This document shows, in pieces, positions 1-9,110 of a DNA stretch of 64,000 nucleotides. Both the position numbers and the translations under genes were made by a program. The notes beneath the pieces are model-generated. The model was given only the letters and a program-made list of their open reading frames with translations, did no database searches and was not told the DNA's origin. This DNA comes from an uncultured Legionellales bacterium (GTDB lineage: Bacteria > Pseudomonadota > Gammaproteobacteria > CAZGQK01), in the NCBI GenBank assembly GCA_964527645.1, contig CAZGQK010000002.1:24022-88021 (forward strand), read 5' to 3'. Within the stretch, counting starts at the first letter, position 1, and each line of letters begins with the position of its first letter.

Positions 1-1349
1 AAATGACGCAGATCTTTCGGTGCATTAATCATACGAAAACCGCTTAATTGTTTGCGGTTTTCTGCTATTAAGTCAAAAACTTCAATTAAATAATCAAAAT
101 GGCTTTGTGTATAAACACGCCGCGGAATCGCCAAGCGCACAAATTCCATCTTTGCTGGCTGCGCACATCCCTGCTCATCCGTAGAACCAAACATAGCCGA
201 ACCTATTTCAACACCACGTACACCACCCTCAAGATACAAAGCATTGGTCAGCGCAATCCCCGGAAATTCCAGCGCAGAAATATGCGGCAAAAAACTACCT
301 GCATCAATAAAAATAGCATGACCACCGAATGGTTTAACCACCGGTACCCCTTGAGCCGACAAGGCATTGCCCAGATATTGAATGGTAGCGTGGCGATATT
401 TTTGATAATCATCCATCAGCGCTTCTTTTAACCCCACCGCAATGCACTCTAAGTCACGCCCCGCCAACCCACCATAAGTTGGAAAGCCTTCTCGCAAAAT
501 TAAACTCATACGAAAACGTTGTGCCCAATCCTCATCATGACACACAAAAAACCCGCCAATATTCGCAATAGCGTCCTTTTTGCAACTCATAATTGCCGCA
601 TCAGCATAAGAAAACATTTCTTGCGCAATCGTCAATAACGATTTTTCGGCATAACCAGCTTCGCGCTGTTGAATAAAAAAAGAATTCTCAGCAAAGCGAC
701 AAACATCCATTACCAATGGTATTTTATACAAATTCAACAAGGCTTTCATTTCACGAACATTTTGCATAGAAACCGGCTGCCCGCCCGCGCTATTATTGGT
801 AACCGTAAGCATGGCAAAAGGCATTCTATCTTTGCCATAGGTATCAATAAATTTTTGTAATTTATTTAAATCAATATTGCCCTTAAAATCAGCTTCGTGA
901 TCAGGATCCAAGTCCTGATCGGCAATTAAATCACATGCCTTAGCGCCCAAACATTCAATATTCGCGCGCGTAGTATCAAAGTGACAATTGTTGGCAATAA
1001 CATCGTCAGCCTTAAGCACTTGTGAGAAAAAAATGCTCTCCGCCGCACGCCCCTGGTGAGTCGGAAAAACATGTGGCATATCGGTGATTTCATGCACAAC
1101 ACGATAGAACTTTTTCCATGAACGGCTACCGGCATAACTTTCATCACCTTGCATTAAAGCCGCCCACTGTTTGGCTGACATCGCGCCAGTACCGCTATCG
1201 GTTAATAAATCGATGCAACATTTATCCGCATCTAAACGAAAAACATTGTATTGCGCTTCTGCTAACAATTGTTCGCGCTGCTCGCGCGTAGTAAACTCAA
1301 TTTCCTCAACCATTTTAACCTTAAAAGGCTCGACAATTGTTTTTGGCAT
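1..1349 (-). CDS. beta-eliminating lyase, tryptophanase / tyrosine phenol-lyase family (3' end runs off the window)
   Basis: Absent from the ORF track because it has no stop inside the window. Manual minus-strand translation from the ATG at 1349 gives MPKTIVEPFKVKMVEEIEFTTREQREQLL...IDLLTDSGTGAMSAKQWAALMQGDESYAGS...PTHQGRAAE...TNNSAGGQPVS...MSCKKDAIANIGG...EGFPTYGGLAGRD. This is colinear with E. coli TnaA and Citrobacter TPL, including the PLP-lysine KKD region. Confidence 0.85.
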   Translation of the reverse strand, partial: MPKTIVEPFKVKMVEEIEFTTREQREQLLAEAQYNVFRLDADKCCIDLLTDSGTGAMSAKQWAALMQGDESYAGSRSWKKFYRVVHEITDMPHVFPTHQGRAAESIFFSQVLKADDVIANNCHFDTTRANIECLGAKACDLIADQDLDPDHEADFKGNIDLNKLQKFIDTYGKDRMPFAMLTVTNNSAGGQPVSMQNVREMKALLNLYKIPLVMDVCRFAENSFFIQQREAGYAEKSLLTIAQEMFSYADAAIMSCKKDAIANIGGFFVCHDEDWAQRFRMSLILREGFPTYGGLAGRDLECIAVGLKEALMDDYQKYRHATIQYLGNALSAQGVPVVKPFGGHAIFIDAGSFLPHISALEFPGIALTNALYLEGGVRGVEIGSAMFGSTDEQGCAQPAKMEFVRLAIPRRVYTQSHFDYLIEVFDLIAENRKQLSGFRMINAPKDLRH

Positions 1350-1788
1350 TTAATCTTCCTTATGCTTAACAAATGAATCTTATCCACTATTAATCAGCAC
1401 TGATAAATTTTTAAAGACTTACACTATCACTTTTTTAAAAAATAACATATAAGTATTTAAGCATTAATAAAATTTTTTCATATCTGTACCGTTACCGTGA
1501 TACGCTTCGTAAAAAACATTAGATCTATGCCCAATCACAAATGGCAAGTTAACGAGTTTTAATAAAAAACTTACCATTGTTTTATTTTATTGTGATAATT
1601 TTAAAATTAAATACCAATATTTTGAAAAGACAAAACTAAGATCCATTATTGTTACCAGCCGTACTATACGTAACAATGCGCACCAATTTAACTCAATACA
1701 CCTCCCCTTATTTTTTTTAATTTTTACTTCAACTGATAATTGGTATATTATTAACATCAACGACACTTTTATACGAGAAGACAAGGCT

Positions 1789-2244
1789 ATGGTAAAACAT
1801 ATTTTCGGCTGTTGCTGCCTACTTTGTAAAAGTCGTTGCCATGTGGCGGACGAAAATATTGACGATCTGCTCATTGAGGTATTTGGGCCAGAGACCGCAA
1901 ATAGCCGCCGGTGCGCAGACTTTAAAAGAAGACTTGAAAATCTTATTCAGGCACTAAAAGCGGATGGATGCAAAAGTAGTGGGAGACTGCGTGCAATCTA
2001 CAGTGCAACTTCTCACCCGCAACTTGCTGACGCCATAGACCCCCCTCCTTGTCATTTTTGTCATCCCGGACTCCACTCACCATACTACGATATTAGACAG
2101 CCCTTGGCCGAGTGGGCGCGGGCAGAGGAAGCAATATCGTATAATGAATCGGAATTGGGTTGCTGCCCCCACTGGCGTGGTGGCATGGCGTGTATAGTAG
2201 AGAGGATTTACTACGCATACGAATTAGCTTGCGCGAGGAAATAG
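1789..2244 (+). CDS. hypothetical cysteine-rich protein (ORFan, 151 aa)
   Basis: Only long ORF in the ~1.1-kb gap between the lyase gene and tadA. It has 13 Cys, including N-terminal GCCCLLCKSRC. The SD is weak (AAGG). No family recognised. Confidence 0.4.
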   Translation: MVKHIFGCCCLLCKSRCHVADENIDDLLIEVFGPETANSRRCADFKRRLENLIQALKADGCKSSGRLRAIYSATSHPQLADAIDPPPCHFCHPGLHSPYYDIRQPLAEWARAEEAISYNESELGCCPHWRGGMACIVERIYYAYELACARK

Positions 2245-2469
2245 AGAGACTCACAGTATCGGCCCCAACAGCGCAAGGTAGCATGTCACGGTAGAAGCAT
2301 CATCATCTTCAGCTCCCCCAAGTATATTATACGTATTGAAATTCTTTGTAACTTAATAAGATTTTTTTAAGCTTTTTAACAACAACAAGCCATTACAATT
2401 TGTTTGCTCACTTGCAGAAAAAGCTCATAAGAACAAAAAGTTAAGGTAAATATTCAGATACATTTTTCA

Positions 2470-2928
2470 CTAGCGACGCTCTTTAAAAAAATTCTGTAAT
2501 AAGCTACTACACGCCTCTGCCATCACACCACCGCGCCATTGCAACTGATGATTCACCCACGCACGCTCAGTTAATTGATCAACCGTGGCAATAACACCCG
2601 ATTTTGGATCCCAAGCACCAAACACCAAACGCTTAACGCGCGCGTGCAACATCGCACCCAAACACATCGCGCAAGGTTCCAAAGTAACGTATAAAGTGGT
2701 ATCCAACAATCGATAATTTTTTAAAGCCGCCGCCGCTTGACGCAACACCAATATTTCAGCATGCGCGCTAGGATCGTGAGTTGAAATAGGTTGATTAAAA
2801 GCTTCGGCGAGCAGGACATTATCTTTAACTAAAACCGCACCAACCGGCACTTCATTTTGCCCAGCACCTTGTTTGGCAATTGCCAACGCCTGCGCCATCC
2901 ATTGTTGATCGCTTAATTCATCATGCAT
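2470..2928 (-). CDS. tadA: tRNA-specific adenosine deaminase
   Basis: Cytidine/deoxycytidylate deaminase zinc motifs HAEILVL and LEPCAMC. Start moved to the MHDELSDQQW Met at 2928 so the gene abuts the guaA stop (2930) instead of overlapping it. Confidence 0.9.
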   Translation of the reverse strand: MHDELSDQQWMAQALAIAKQGAGQNEVPVGAVLVKDNVLLAEAFNQPISTHDPSAHAEILVLRQAAAALKNYRLLDTTLYVTLEPCAMCLGAMLHARVKRLVFGAWDPKSGVIATVDQLTERAWVNHQLQWRGGVMAEACSSLLQNFFKERR

Positions 2929-2929
2929 G

Positions 2930-4498
2930 TCATTCCCACTCAATCGTCGCCGGAGGTTTACTGGAAATGTCATAAACAACGCGCGCGACTTGCGGAATTT
3001 CATTAATAATTCGATTACTGACAGCCGCTAAAAAATCGTGCGGTAACGGTGCCCATTCGGCAGTCATAAAATCCACGCTTTGTACTGCGCGCAAAGCAAT
3101 CACATATTCATAACTACGCGCATCGCCCTTCACACCAACGGCTTTAACCGGCAAAAATACCGCAAATGCCTGTGCGACTTCATCATACAAGCCCATTACC
3201 CGTAACTCTTGCAGAAAAATAGCGTCAGCTTCTTGTAAAATGGCAATAAATTCTGGCTTAATCTCACCCAGCACACGCAAAGCTAAACCTGGCCCAGGAA
3301 AAGGATGGCGCCCCAATAAATGCGCAGGCAAACCTAATTCTGCACCCAAACGACGCACTTCATCTTTAAATAAATCACGCAACGGCTCAATTAATTGCAA
3401 CGACATATGTTCTGGCAAACCACCGACATTGTGATGCGATTTAATCACCTGTGTTTTACCAGACTTTGCTGCCGCTGATTCAATAACATCGGGATAAATA
3501 GTCCCCTGCCCCAACCATTTAACGTTATTTAACGATTGCGCTTCTTTTTCAAACACGCGAATAAACTGCTCGCCAATTATTTTACGTTTTTTCTCTGGGT
3601 CATCGACACCTTTAAGCGCTTTTAAAAAACGATCTTTGGCATCAACCACAATTAAATGTATACCAAAATGCGCAACAAATATTTTTTCCACCTCGTCGGC
3701 TTCATTTAAACGCAATAAACCGGTATCGATAAAAATACAAGTCAGCTGGTCGCCAATCGCTTGATGAATAATCGCTGCAGTTACAGCCGAATCAACACCA
3801 CCGGAAAGCCCAACAACAACACCGTCATCACTGACCTGTTGACGAATCTGTGCGATACTCTCGGCTGCAATATTGCTGGGTGTCCAGTTTTTTTCACAAC
3901 CACAAATTTCCTTGACAAAATTGCCCAGCATTTTTTTACCCTGGCGCGTATGCGTGACTTCTGGATGAAACTGCAAGCCATAAAAATGGCGTTTAACATC
4001 GGCCATGGCCGCAATAGGTGAATTAGCACTAGTGGCAATGACATTGAAATCAGACGGGCATTTATTGACACGATCGCCATGACTCATCCACACATCCAAT
4101 AACGGCTCATTTTTATCACTACTACGATCTTGTAAATTGGCAAATAAAGTTTTGGCATCGCTAACACAAACTTGTGCATAACCAAATTCACTTTTGTGCG
4201 CACTGGTGACTTCACCACCCAATTGCTGCGCCATAGTTTGCATGCCATAGCAAATACCCAAAATAGGACAACCCAAAGTATAAATTTCAGCCGCTGGTGC
4301 AAGCGGATTAGCCGCAACCACCGATTCTGGCCCACCGGATAAAATAATCCCTTGCGGGGCAAAGCTTTCGATTTGCGCCATAGCCATATCACCGGGGAAA
4401 ATTTCACAATAAACCCCCAGCTCGCGCACACGCCGTGCTATTAATTGCGTGTATTGCGAACCAAAATCAAGAATAAGTATTTTTTGTTCGGTTTTCAT
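2930..4498 (-). CDS. guaA: GMP synthase (glutamine-hydrolysing)
   Basis: 522 aa. N-terminal GATase ([24 protein letters not shown]), ATP-pyrophosphatase P-loop SGGVDSAV, C-terminal ...PPATIEWE. Confidence 0.97.
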   Translation of the reverse strand: MKTEQKILILDFGSQYTQLIARRVRELGVYCEIFPGDMAMAQIESFAPQGIILSGGPESVVAANPLAPAAEIYTLGCPILGICYGMQTMAQQLGGEVTSAHKSEFGYAQVCVSDAKTLFANLQDRSSDKNEPLLDVWMSHGDRVNKCPSDFNVIATSANSPIAAMADVKRHFYGLQFHPEVTHTRQGKKMLGNFVKEICGCEKNWTPSNIAAESIAQIRQQVSDDGVVVGLSGGVDSAVTAAIIHQAIGDQLTCIFIDTGLLRLNEADEVEKIFVAHFGIHLIVVDAKDRFLKALKGVDDPEKKRKIIGEQFIRVFEKEAQSLNNVKWLGQGTIYPDVIESAAAKSGKTQVIKSHHNVGGLPEHMSLQLIEPLRDLFKDEVRRLGAELGLPAHLLGRHPFPGPGLALRVLGEIKPEFIAILQEADAIFLQELRVMGLYDEVAQAFAVFLPVKAVGVKGDARSYEYVIALRAVQSVDFMTAEWAPLPHDFLAAVSNRIINEIPQVARVVYDISSKPPATIEWE

Positions 4499-4510
4499 AA
4501 AATAAAGCTT

Positions 4511-5983
4511 TTATTGCTCTTCAATCGAATAATTCGGCGCTTCTTTAGTAATCGTTACGTCATGCACATGGCTTTCACGCATCCCCGCATTAGTAATGCG
4601 AACAAATTCAACGTCATTGCGCAATTCATCAATAGTTTTACAACCCGTATAACCCATACAAGAACGCAGGCCACCCATTAGCTGATGCACCACGGCTTTT
4701 AAAGGACCTTTATACGGCACTCGCCCTTCAATGCCTTCGGGTACGTATTTGCCCACTCCTTGATCTTGATCTTGAAAATAGCGATCACTGGAACCGTGTT
4801 TTTTCGCCATAGCATCGATCCAACCCATACCACGATAAGATTTATAAGAACGCCCTTGATATAAAATTAAATCCCCAGGAGACTCCTCGGTGCCGGCAAA
4901 CAAACTACCAATCATCACTGACGAAGCACCGGCCGCCAAAGCTTTGCAAATATCACCAGAATAACGAATACCACCATCGGCAATCACCGGAATATTTTTT
5001 TTCGATGCCACTTTCACCACTTTTTGAATAGCGGTAATTTGCGGCACACCAATACCCGCCACTACCCGTGTAATACAAATTGATCCTGGACCCATGCCTA
5101 CCTTGATGGCATCGACACCCAGCTTCACTAACGCTTCTGCTGCCTCAACGGTAGCAATATTACCTGCCATTAATTGTACATCGGGGTAATGTTTTTTGAT
5201 CCACTTAACACGATCCAACACCCCCTTGGAAAAACCATGTGCCGTATCGATTACCAATAAATCAACACCCGCGGCTACCAATGCCGCTACCCGTTCATCG
5301 GTTTCACCACTAGTGCCTACTGCCGCACCAATGCGCAGACGACCCAAATCATCTTTACAGGCGTAAGGATTTTCTTGCGCGCGTAAAATATCTTTAACGG
5401 TAATCATGCCGCGCAACGCAAACGCACCATTAACCACCAATAATTTTTCAATGCGGTGTTTTTTAAACAAATTTAACACCTCGTCTCTGGAGGCTCCCTC
5501 TTGCACAGTGATTAATCGTTCTTTACTGGTCATAAGATTTTTGACCGGCTGATTCAGACTAGACTCAAAACGAATATCACGATTGGTAATAATACCCACC
5601 AACTGATCACCATCCACCACCGGCATACCGGAAAAATTGTGCGCCCTAGTGATGGCCACTAATTCTGCAATGGTGGTATCGGGGGCGACCACCATCGGAT
5701 CTTTAACAATACCACTTTCAAATTTTTTCACTTTACTGACTTCACTGGCTTGCTGAGCAACATCCATATTTTTATGCAAAATACCAATGCCTCCTTGCTC
5801 AGCGATAGCTATGGCTAAGCGCGCTTCAGTCACCGTATCCATTGCTGAAGCCAGCAACGGTATGTTCAAGGCAATACCTCGACTTAGCTGTGTCGCCAGC
5901 GAAGCGTCCTTCGGCAAAATTTCCGAATAACGCGGCAAGATTAAAACATCATCAAAAGTTAGTGCTTGTTCACTGTATTCCAT
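4511..5983 (-). CDS. guaB: IMP dehydrogenase
   Basis: [12 protein letters not shown]-terminus, CBS pair, catalytic loop [12 protein letters not shown]-terminal ESHVHDV. The Met at 5983 ([12 protein letters not shown]) aligns with the E. coli GuaB N-terminus. The track ORF extends to 6016. Confidence 0.96.
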   Translation of the reverse strand: MEYSEQALTFDDVLILPRYSEILPKDASLATQLSRGIALNIPLLASAMDTVTEARLAIAIAEQGGIGILHKNMDVAQQASEVSKVKKFESGIVKDPMVVAPDTTIAELVAITRAHNFSGMPVVDGDQLVGIITNRDIRFESSLNQPVKNLMTSKERLITVQEGASRDEVLNLFKKHRIEKLLVVNGAFALRGMITVKDILRAQENPYACKDDLGRLRIGAAVGTSGETDERVAALVAAGVDLLVIDTAHGFSKGVLDRVKWIKKHYPDVQLMAGNIATVEAAEALVKLGVDAIKVGMGPGSICITRVVAGIGVPQITAIQKVVKVASKKNIPVIADGGIRYSGDICKALAAGASSVMIGSLFAGTEESPGDLILYQGRSYKSYRGMGWIDAMAKKHGSSDRYFQDQDQGVGKYVPEGIEGRVPYKGPLKAVVHQLMGGLRSCMGYTGCKTIDELRNDVEFVRITNAGMRESHVHDVTITKEAPNYSIEEQ

Positions 5984-6050
5984 AATGCCCCACTCAATTG
6001 ACCCAATAGATTCCATGATCCTGAATTCAGTACCATCCAGTTAACCAAAG

Positions 6051-6079
6051 AGTGTAGCGACTCATCTGCACAAGAGCAA
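6051..6079 (-). promoter_or_regulatory. candidate sigma70 promoter of guaBA (TTGCTC-N17-TACACT)
   Basis: Read on the minus strand: -35 TTGCTC (6079-6074), 17-nt spacer, -10 TACACT (6056-6051). It lies ~60 nt upstream of the guaB ATG and downstream of the terminator-like hairpin at 6112-6145. Confidence 0.4.
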
Positions 6080-6111
6080 TGAGAATACGTAGGAGTATGT
6101 GTTATTGCGAT

Positions 6112-6335
6112 AAAAAAAGGTGGTGAGCCGAGCGCTAAAGTCACCTATTACTTTAGCGGTGTGATTCAGTCACATCTTAGGCTTCCCACTCAACCATGGG
6201 CCTGCACACAACGCCACTTACACCACTCCTGGTTCTTGTAGTCTCACTCTAGGTCAGACTCACCTCCCCCCTCATTGGACCTATCCCTAAACCTTCCTTG
6301 GCACTCATGCACTCATGATGACATCCTGTCTTCCC
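6112..6335 (-). ncRNA. candidate small RNA or independent noncoding transcript upstream of guaB (unclassified)
   Basis: Minus strand: promoter-like TTTAAA-N17-TAAATA (about 6365-6337), then ~220 nt with no ORF. It ends in the hairpin GGTGACTTTAGCGCTCGGCTCACC followed by ACC+T7 (6145-6112). There are seven GGA motifs (ACAGGAUGU, CAAGGAAGG, AGGGAUAGG, GGGGAGG, CCAGGAG, GGGAAG x2). It matches no RNA family I can recognise (not RNase P, tmRNA, SRP or 6S). Confidence 0.25.
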
Positions 6336-6409
6336 TTATTTACAGATATAGCACGTGAATTTAAAAATTCCATAGATAACCAAATCGCCGCGGCAGTCAT
6401 TACCGTATT

Positions 6410-6432
6410 TTATCCACAAAATGTGTGGATAA
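6410..6432. promoter_or_regulatory. pair of perfect inverted DnaA boxes (TTATCCACA-N5-TGTGGATAA)
   Basis: Exact 9-mer consensus at 6410-6418 and its reverse complement at 6424-6432. One-mismatch boxes lie at 6613-6621 (TTATCCACC on the minus strand) and 6708-6716 (TTATCCAAA). Confidence 0.55.
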
Positions 6433-6851
6433 CTCTGTGTGTAAAGTGCTGGCAAACAAGCTAACCCGCTGTTCTAACATATCCACCGAACAGATTGGGT
6501 AGTGATTAGGCAGTGCTGTAAGCCTCGTCGCACGAGGCATAGCGGCCCATAAACAATGATAAGCAAGTGACTGTAATTAGAAAATTGATAAAGAATTTAA
6601 CAAAACTAAGTCGGTGGATAACTCCCCTTTCGTGCACGCTTTTTCTCCACTAAAATTAGACAATTTTTTTAAATATAATTTTCAAACAAGCTGTTAGGGC
6701 CTTATCATTATCCAAAAAACAGTGATTGATTGATCATTTTATAAGCAAATAATTAAACCCCACAATCCTCCCCCTCATCGAGCTCACGATTGTTTCGCCA
6801 TCTCATGACATTTATGAAATAATAACGGAAGTTTGAAACAAGGAACGATCA

Positions 6852-7595
6852 ATGACTCGAATACGCACGCTACTAAAATTAATGACACTAATCACAATCC
6901 TATGGACGGCACAAATGACTGATGCAAAAAATATACCAAATTTAAAAACGCACCACACACACACCAGCTCCTCACAGGCGGCAACCTCACCTGAGCAAGC
7001 ACTAGCCATTCTCAAAGCGGGTAATGAACGTTTTATCAAGGAAAACAAACAAACACGCGACTATATGCTCATTGCCAAAATGACCAGCGAACAAGGCCAA
7101 CATCCCACTGCCATTGTATTAAGCTGCGTTGATTCACGCAGCGTGCCCGACATTATTTTTGATCAAGGGCTTGGCAATATTTTCGCCGCTCGCATTGCCG
7201 GCAATGTCATCAGTTCAAATGTATTAGCCAGCATGGAATTTGCCACAAAATACGCAGGTGCAAAATTAATTGTTATTATGGGTCACACCAAGTGTGGCGC
7301 CGTCGCTGCCGCTTGCAGCCAAAATGTTACTGGGCACCTCAAACCACTTCTTCGACAAATCAAGCCAGCCGTTAAAACAGTTGAAAAGGCTACTGGCAAC
7401 CATAACTGTGCAGATCCTACACTGATTGACGCCATTGCCAAACAAAATGTTATCAATCAACTTAAACAAACCCTAAAGCAAAGCTCTATTATTCGCCAAC
7501 TGGTTAAAAAACATCAAATTATAATCGTGGGCGCTATGCACGATCTCAGCACGGGACAAGTAAGCTTTTTTGACGAACACGGCAAAGCCTTATAA
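6852..7595 (+). CDS. beta-class carbonic anhydrase with N-terminal signal peptide
   Basis: Beta-CA zinc ligand motifs SCVDSR and GHTKCGAV. Hydrophobic N-terminus LLKLMTLITILWTAQMTDA. Confidence 0.9.
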   Translation: MTRIRTLLKLMTLITILWTAQMTDAKNIPNLKTHHTHTSSSQAATSPEQALAILKAGNERFIKENKQTRDYMLIAKMTSEQGQHPTAIVLSCVDSRSVPDIIFDQGLGNIFAARIAGNVISSNVLASMEFATKYAGAKLIVIMGHTKCGAVAAACSQNVTGHLKPLLRQIKPAVKTVEKATGNHNCADPTLIDAIAKQNVINQLKQTLKQSSIIRQLVKKHQIIIVGAMHDLSTGQVSFFDEHGKAL

Positions 7596-7617
7596 AAACT
7601 ATTAAGAAGAAAAAATA

Positions 7618-8970
7618 GTGACCCAAAAAAGCACACCGGCAACTGTTGCTGAGGAATTAATTTACAGCGTCTCGGAACTCAACCTCAACGCACGTGAGGT
7701 TTTGAGTGAAGCCTTCGGCAGTATTTGGCTCAGCGGTGAAATATCTAACTTGGCAACACCCAGCTCAGGGCATATTTATTTTTCACTCAAAGATGCGCAA
7801 GCGCAAGTACGTTGTGCCTTATTTCGCGGAGTGCGTTCACGCTTGAGCTTTACTCCTGAAGATGGCATGCAAGTCTTGGCAAAAGCAGAAGTTAGTCTTT
7901 ATCCGGCGCGTGGGGATTTTCAATTAATTATTCATCAATTACAACCGCACGGTTACGGTGCACTACAAAAAGCCTTTGCTGCACTTAAAAATCGCTTACA
8001 ACAGGAAGGCCTGTTTGCCGATCAACACAAAAAGCCACTGCCCAAATTACCACAATGCATTGGTGTGATTACCTCGCCAACAGGAGCGGCCATTCACGAT
8101 GTTTTGCAGGTGCTCAAACGTCGCTTTGCTGGCATTCCCGTGATTATCTATCCAGCAATAGTGCAAGGTAAACAAGCCGCTGAAACTATCATTGATGCTG
8201 TAAAAACGGCCAATCAACGTCAAGAGTGCGATGTGCTTATCCTCGCTCGCGGTGGCGGCTCACTAGAAGATTTATGGCCCTTTAATGAAGAAGCGGTTGG
8301 CCGTGGTATTTTTGCCAGCCAAATCCCCATCTGCACCGGCATTGGACACGAAGTTGACACCACTATCGCCGATTTTATCGCCGATCAACGCGCAGCAACA
8401 CCATCCGCCGCCGCTGAGCTCATCACCCCTGACATCCAAGAATACCAACAACAGCTGCAGCACCTGGGCAGCTCATTGATGCAACAATTAAATCACCAAC
8501 TGGAAGTGGCGCAATGGTCACTAAAAAATCTGCGCCAACGACTTAAACACCCCGGCGAACGCATACAAGACCAAGCACAACGATTAGATCGCCTAGAACA
8601 GCGTCTACAATTGGCCATGCATCATTGTTTAAAAGGGCAGCTTATACGCAGCCAACACTTACAAGAGACACTGATTAATCTCAATCCAAGCGCTAAAATT
8701 CAGCAGCAACAACAAACTCTCAGCACGCTAAAAAAACAATTAACAACACTGATACAACACCAACTGCAGCAAAAACAATTAAAATTACAGCAACAGGCAC
8801 AATCCTTGGATAACTTAAGTCCATTGCAAACGTTGCAACGCGGTTATGCCATCACCACTTACAAAAATAAAATATTACTCGACGCCAACACAGTACATAA
8901 AGGTGAAAATGTGCAAGTTCGCTTAGCCAAAGGCGCTTTAGCCTGTCAGATAACAGAAACGCTTGATTAA
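7618..8970 (+). CDS. xseA: exodeoxyribonuclease VII large subunit
   Basis: GTG start. Colinear with E. coli XseA: OB-fold N-terminus (WLSGEISN...GHIYFSLKD), GVITSPTGAAIHDVL, RGGGSLEDLWPFNEE, GHEVDTTIADF, and a Q-rich coiled C-terminal half. Confidence 0.95.
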   Translation: MTQKSTPATVAEELIYSVSELNLNAREVLSEAFGSIWLSGEISNLATPSSGHIYFSLKDAQAQVRCALFRGVRSRLSFTPEDGMQVLAKAEVSLYPARGDFQLIIHQLQPHGYGALQKAFAALKNRLQQEGLFADQHKKPLPKLPQCIGVITSPTGAAIHDVLQVLKRRFAGIPVIIYPAIVQGKQAAETIIDAVKTANQRQECDVLILARGGGSLEDLWPFNEEAVGRGIFASQIPICTGIGHEVDTTIADFIADQRAATPSAAAELITPDIQEYQQQLQHLGSSLMQQLNHQLEVAQWSLKNLRQRLKHPGERIQDQAQRLDRLEQRLQLAMHHCLKGQLIRSQHLQETLINLNPSAKIQQQQQTLSTLKKQLTTLIQHQLQQKQLKLQQQAQSLDNLSPLQTLQRGYAITTYKNKILLDANTVHKGENVQVRLAKGALACQITETLD

Positions 8971-9110
8971 GACCTAGGAAAGCCGTAGCTCGAGTGCAAG
9001 ATCCAGTGCCCACACACTGGTAGAACCAAGCATAATTTGCTAATCTTTCAGACAACAAAATACACAAAACACCGCTTTAACAGGCATCACTAAGATATGT
9101 AGCCTAAACT

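Noticed and set aside
1350-1788. Search for a TnaC-like Trp-containing leader peptide or TyrR boxes upstream of the tryptophanase/TPL-family gene.
   Set aside because: The short minus-strand ORFs here (37, 12 and 5 codons) contain no Trp. I found no TGTAAA-N6-TTTACA match, so no supported regulatory call can be made.
6410-6716. Possibility that the DnaA-box cluster is the chromosomal origin (oriC).
   Set aside because: Only two perfect boxes are present. I see no tandem AT-rich 13-mer-like DUE repeats, and the 830-bp gap has only three GATC sites. No dnaA, dnaN, gidA or rpmH context is present. A DnaA-regulated promoter is more parsimonious, and a genome-wide GC skew would settle it.
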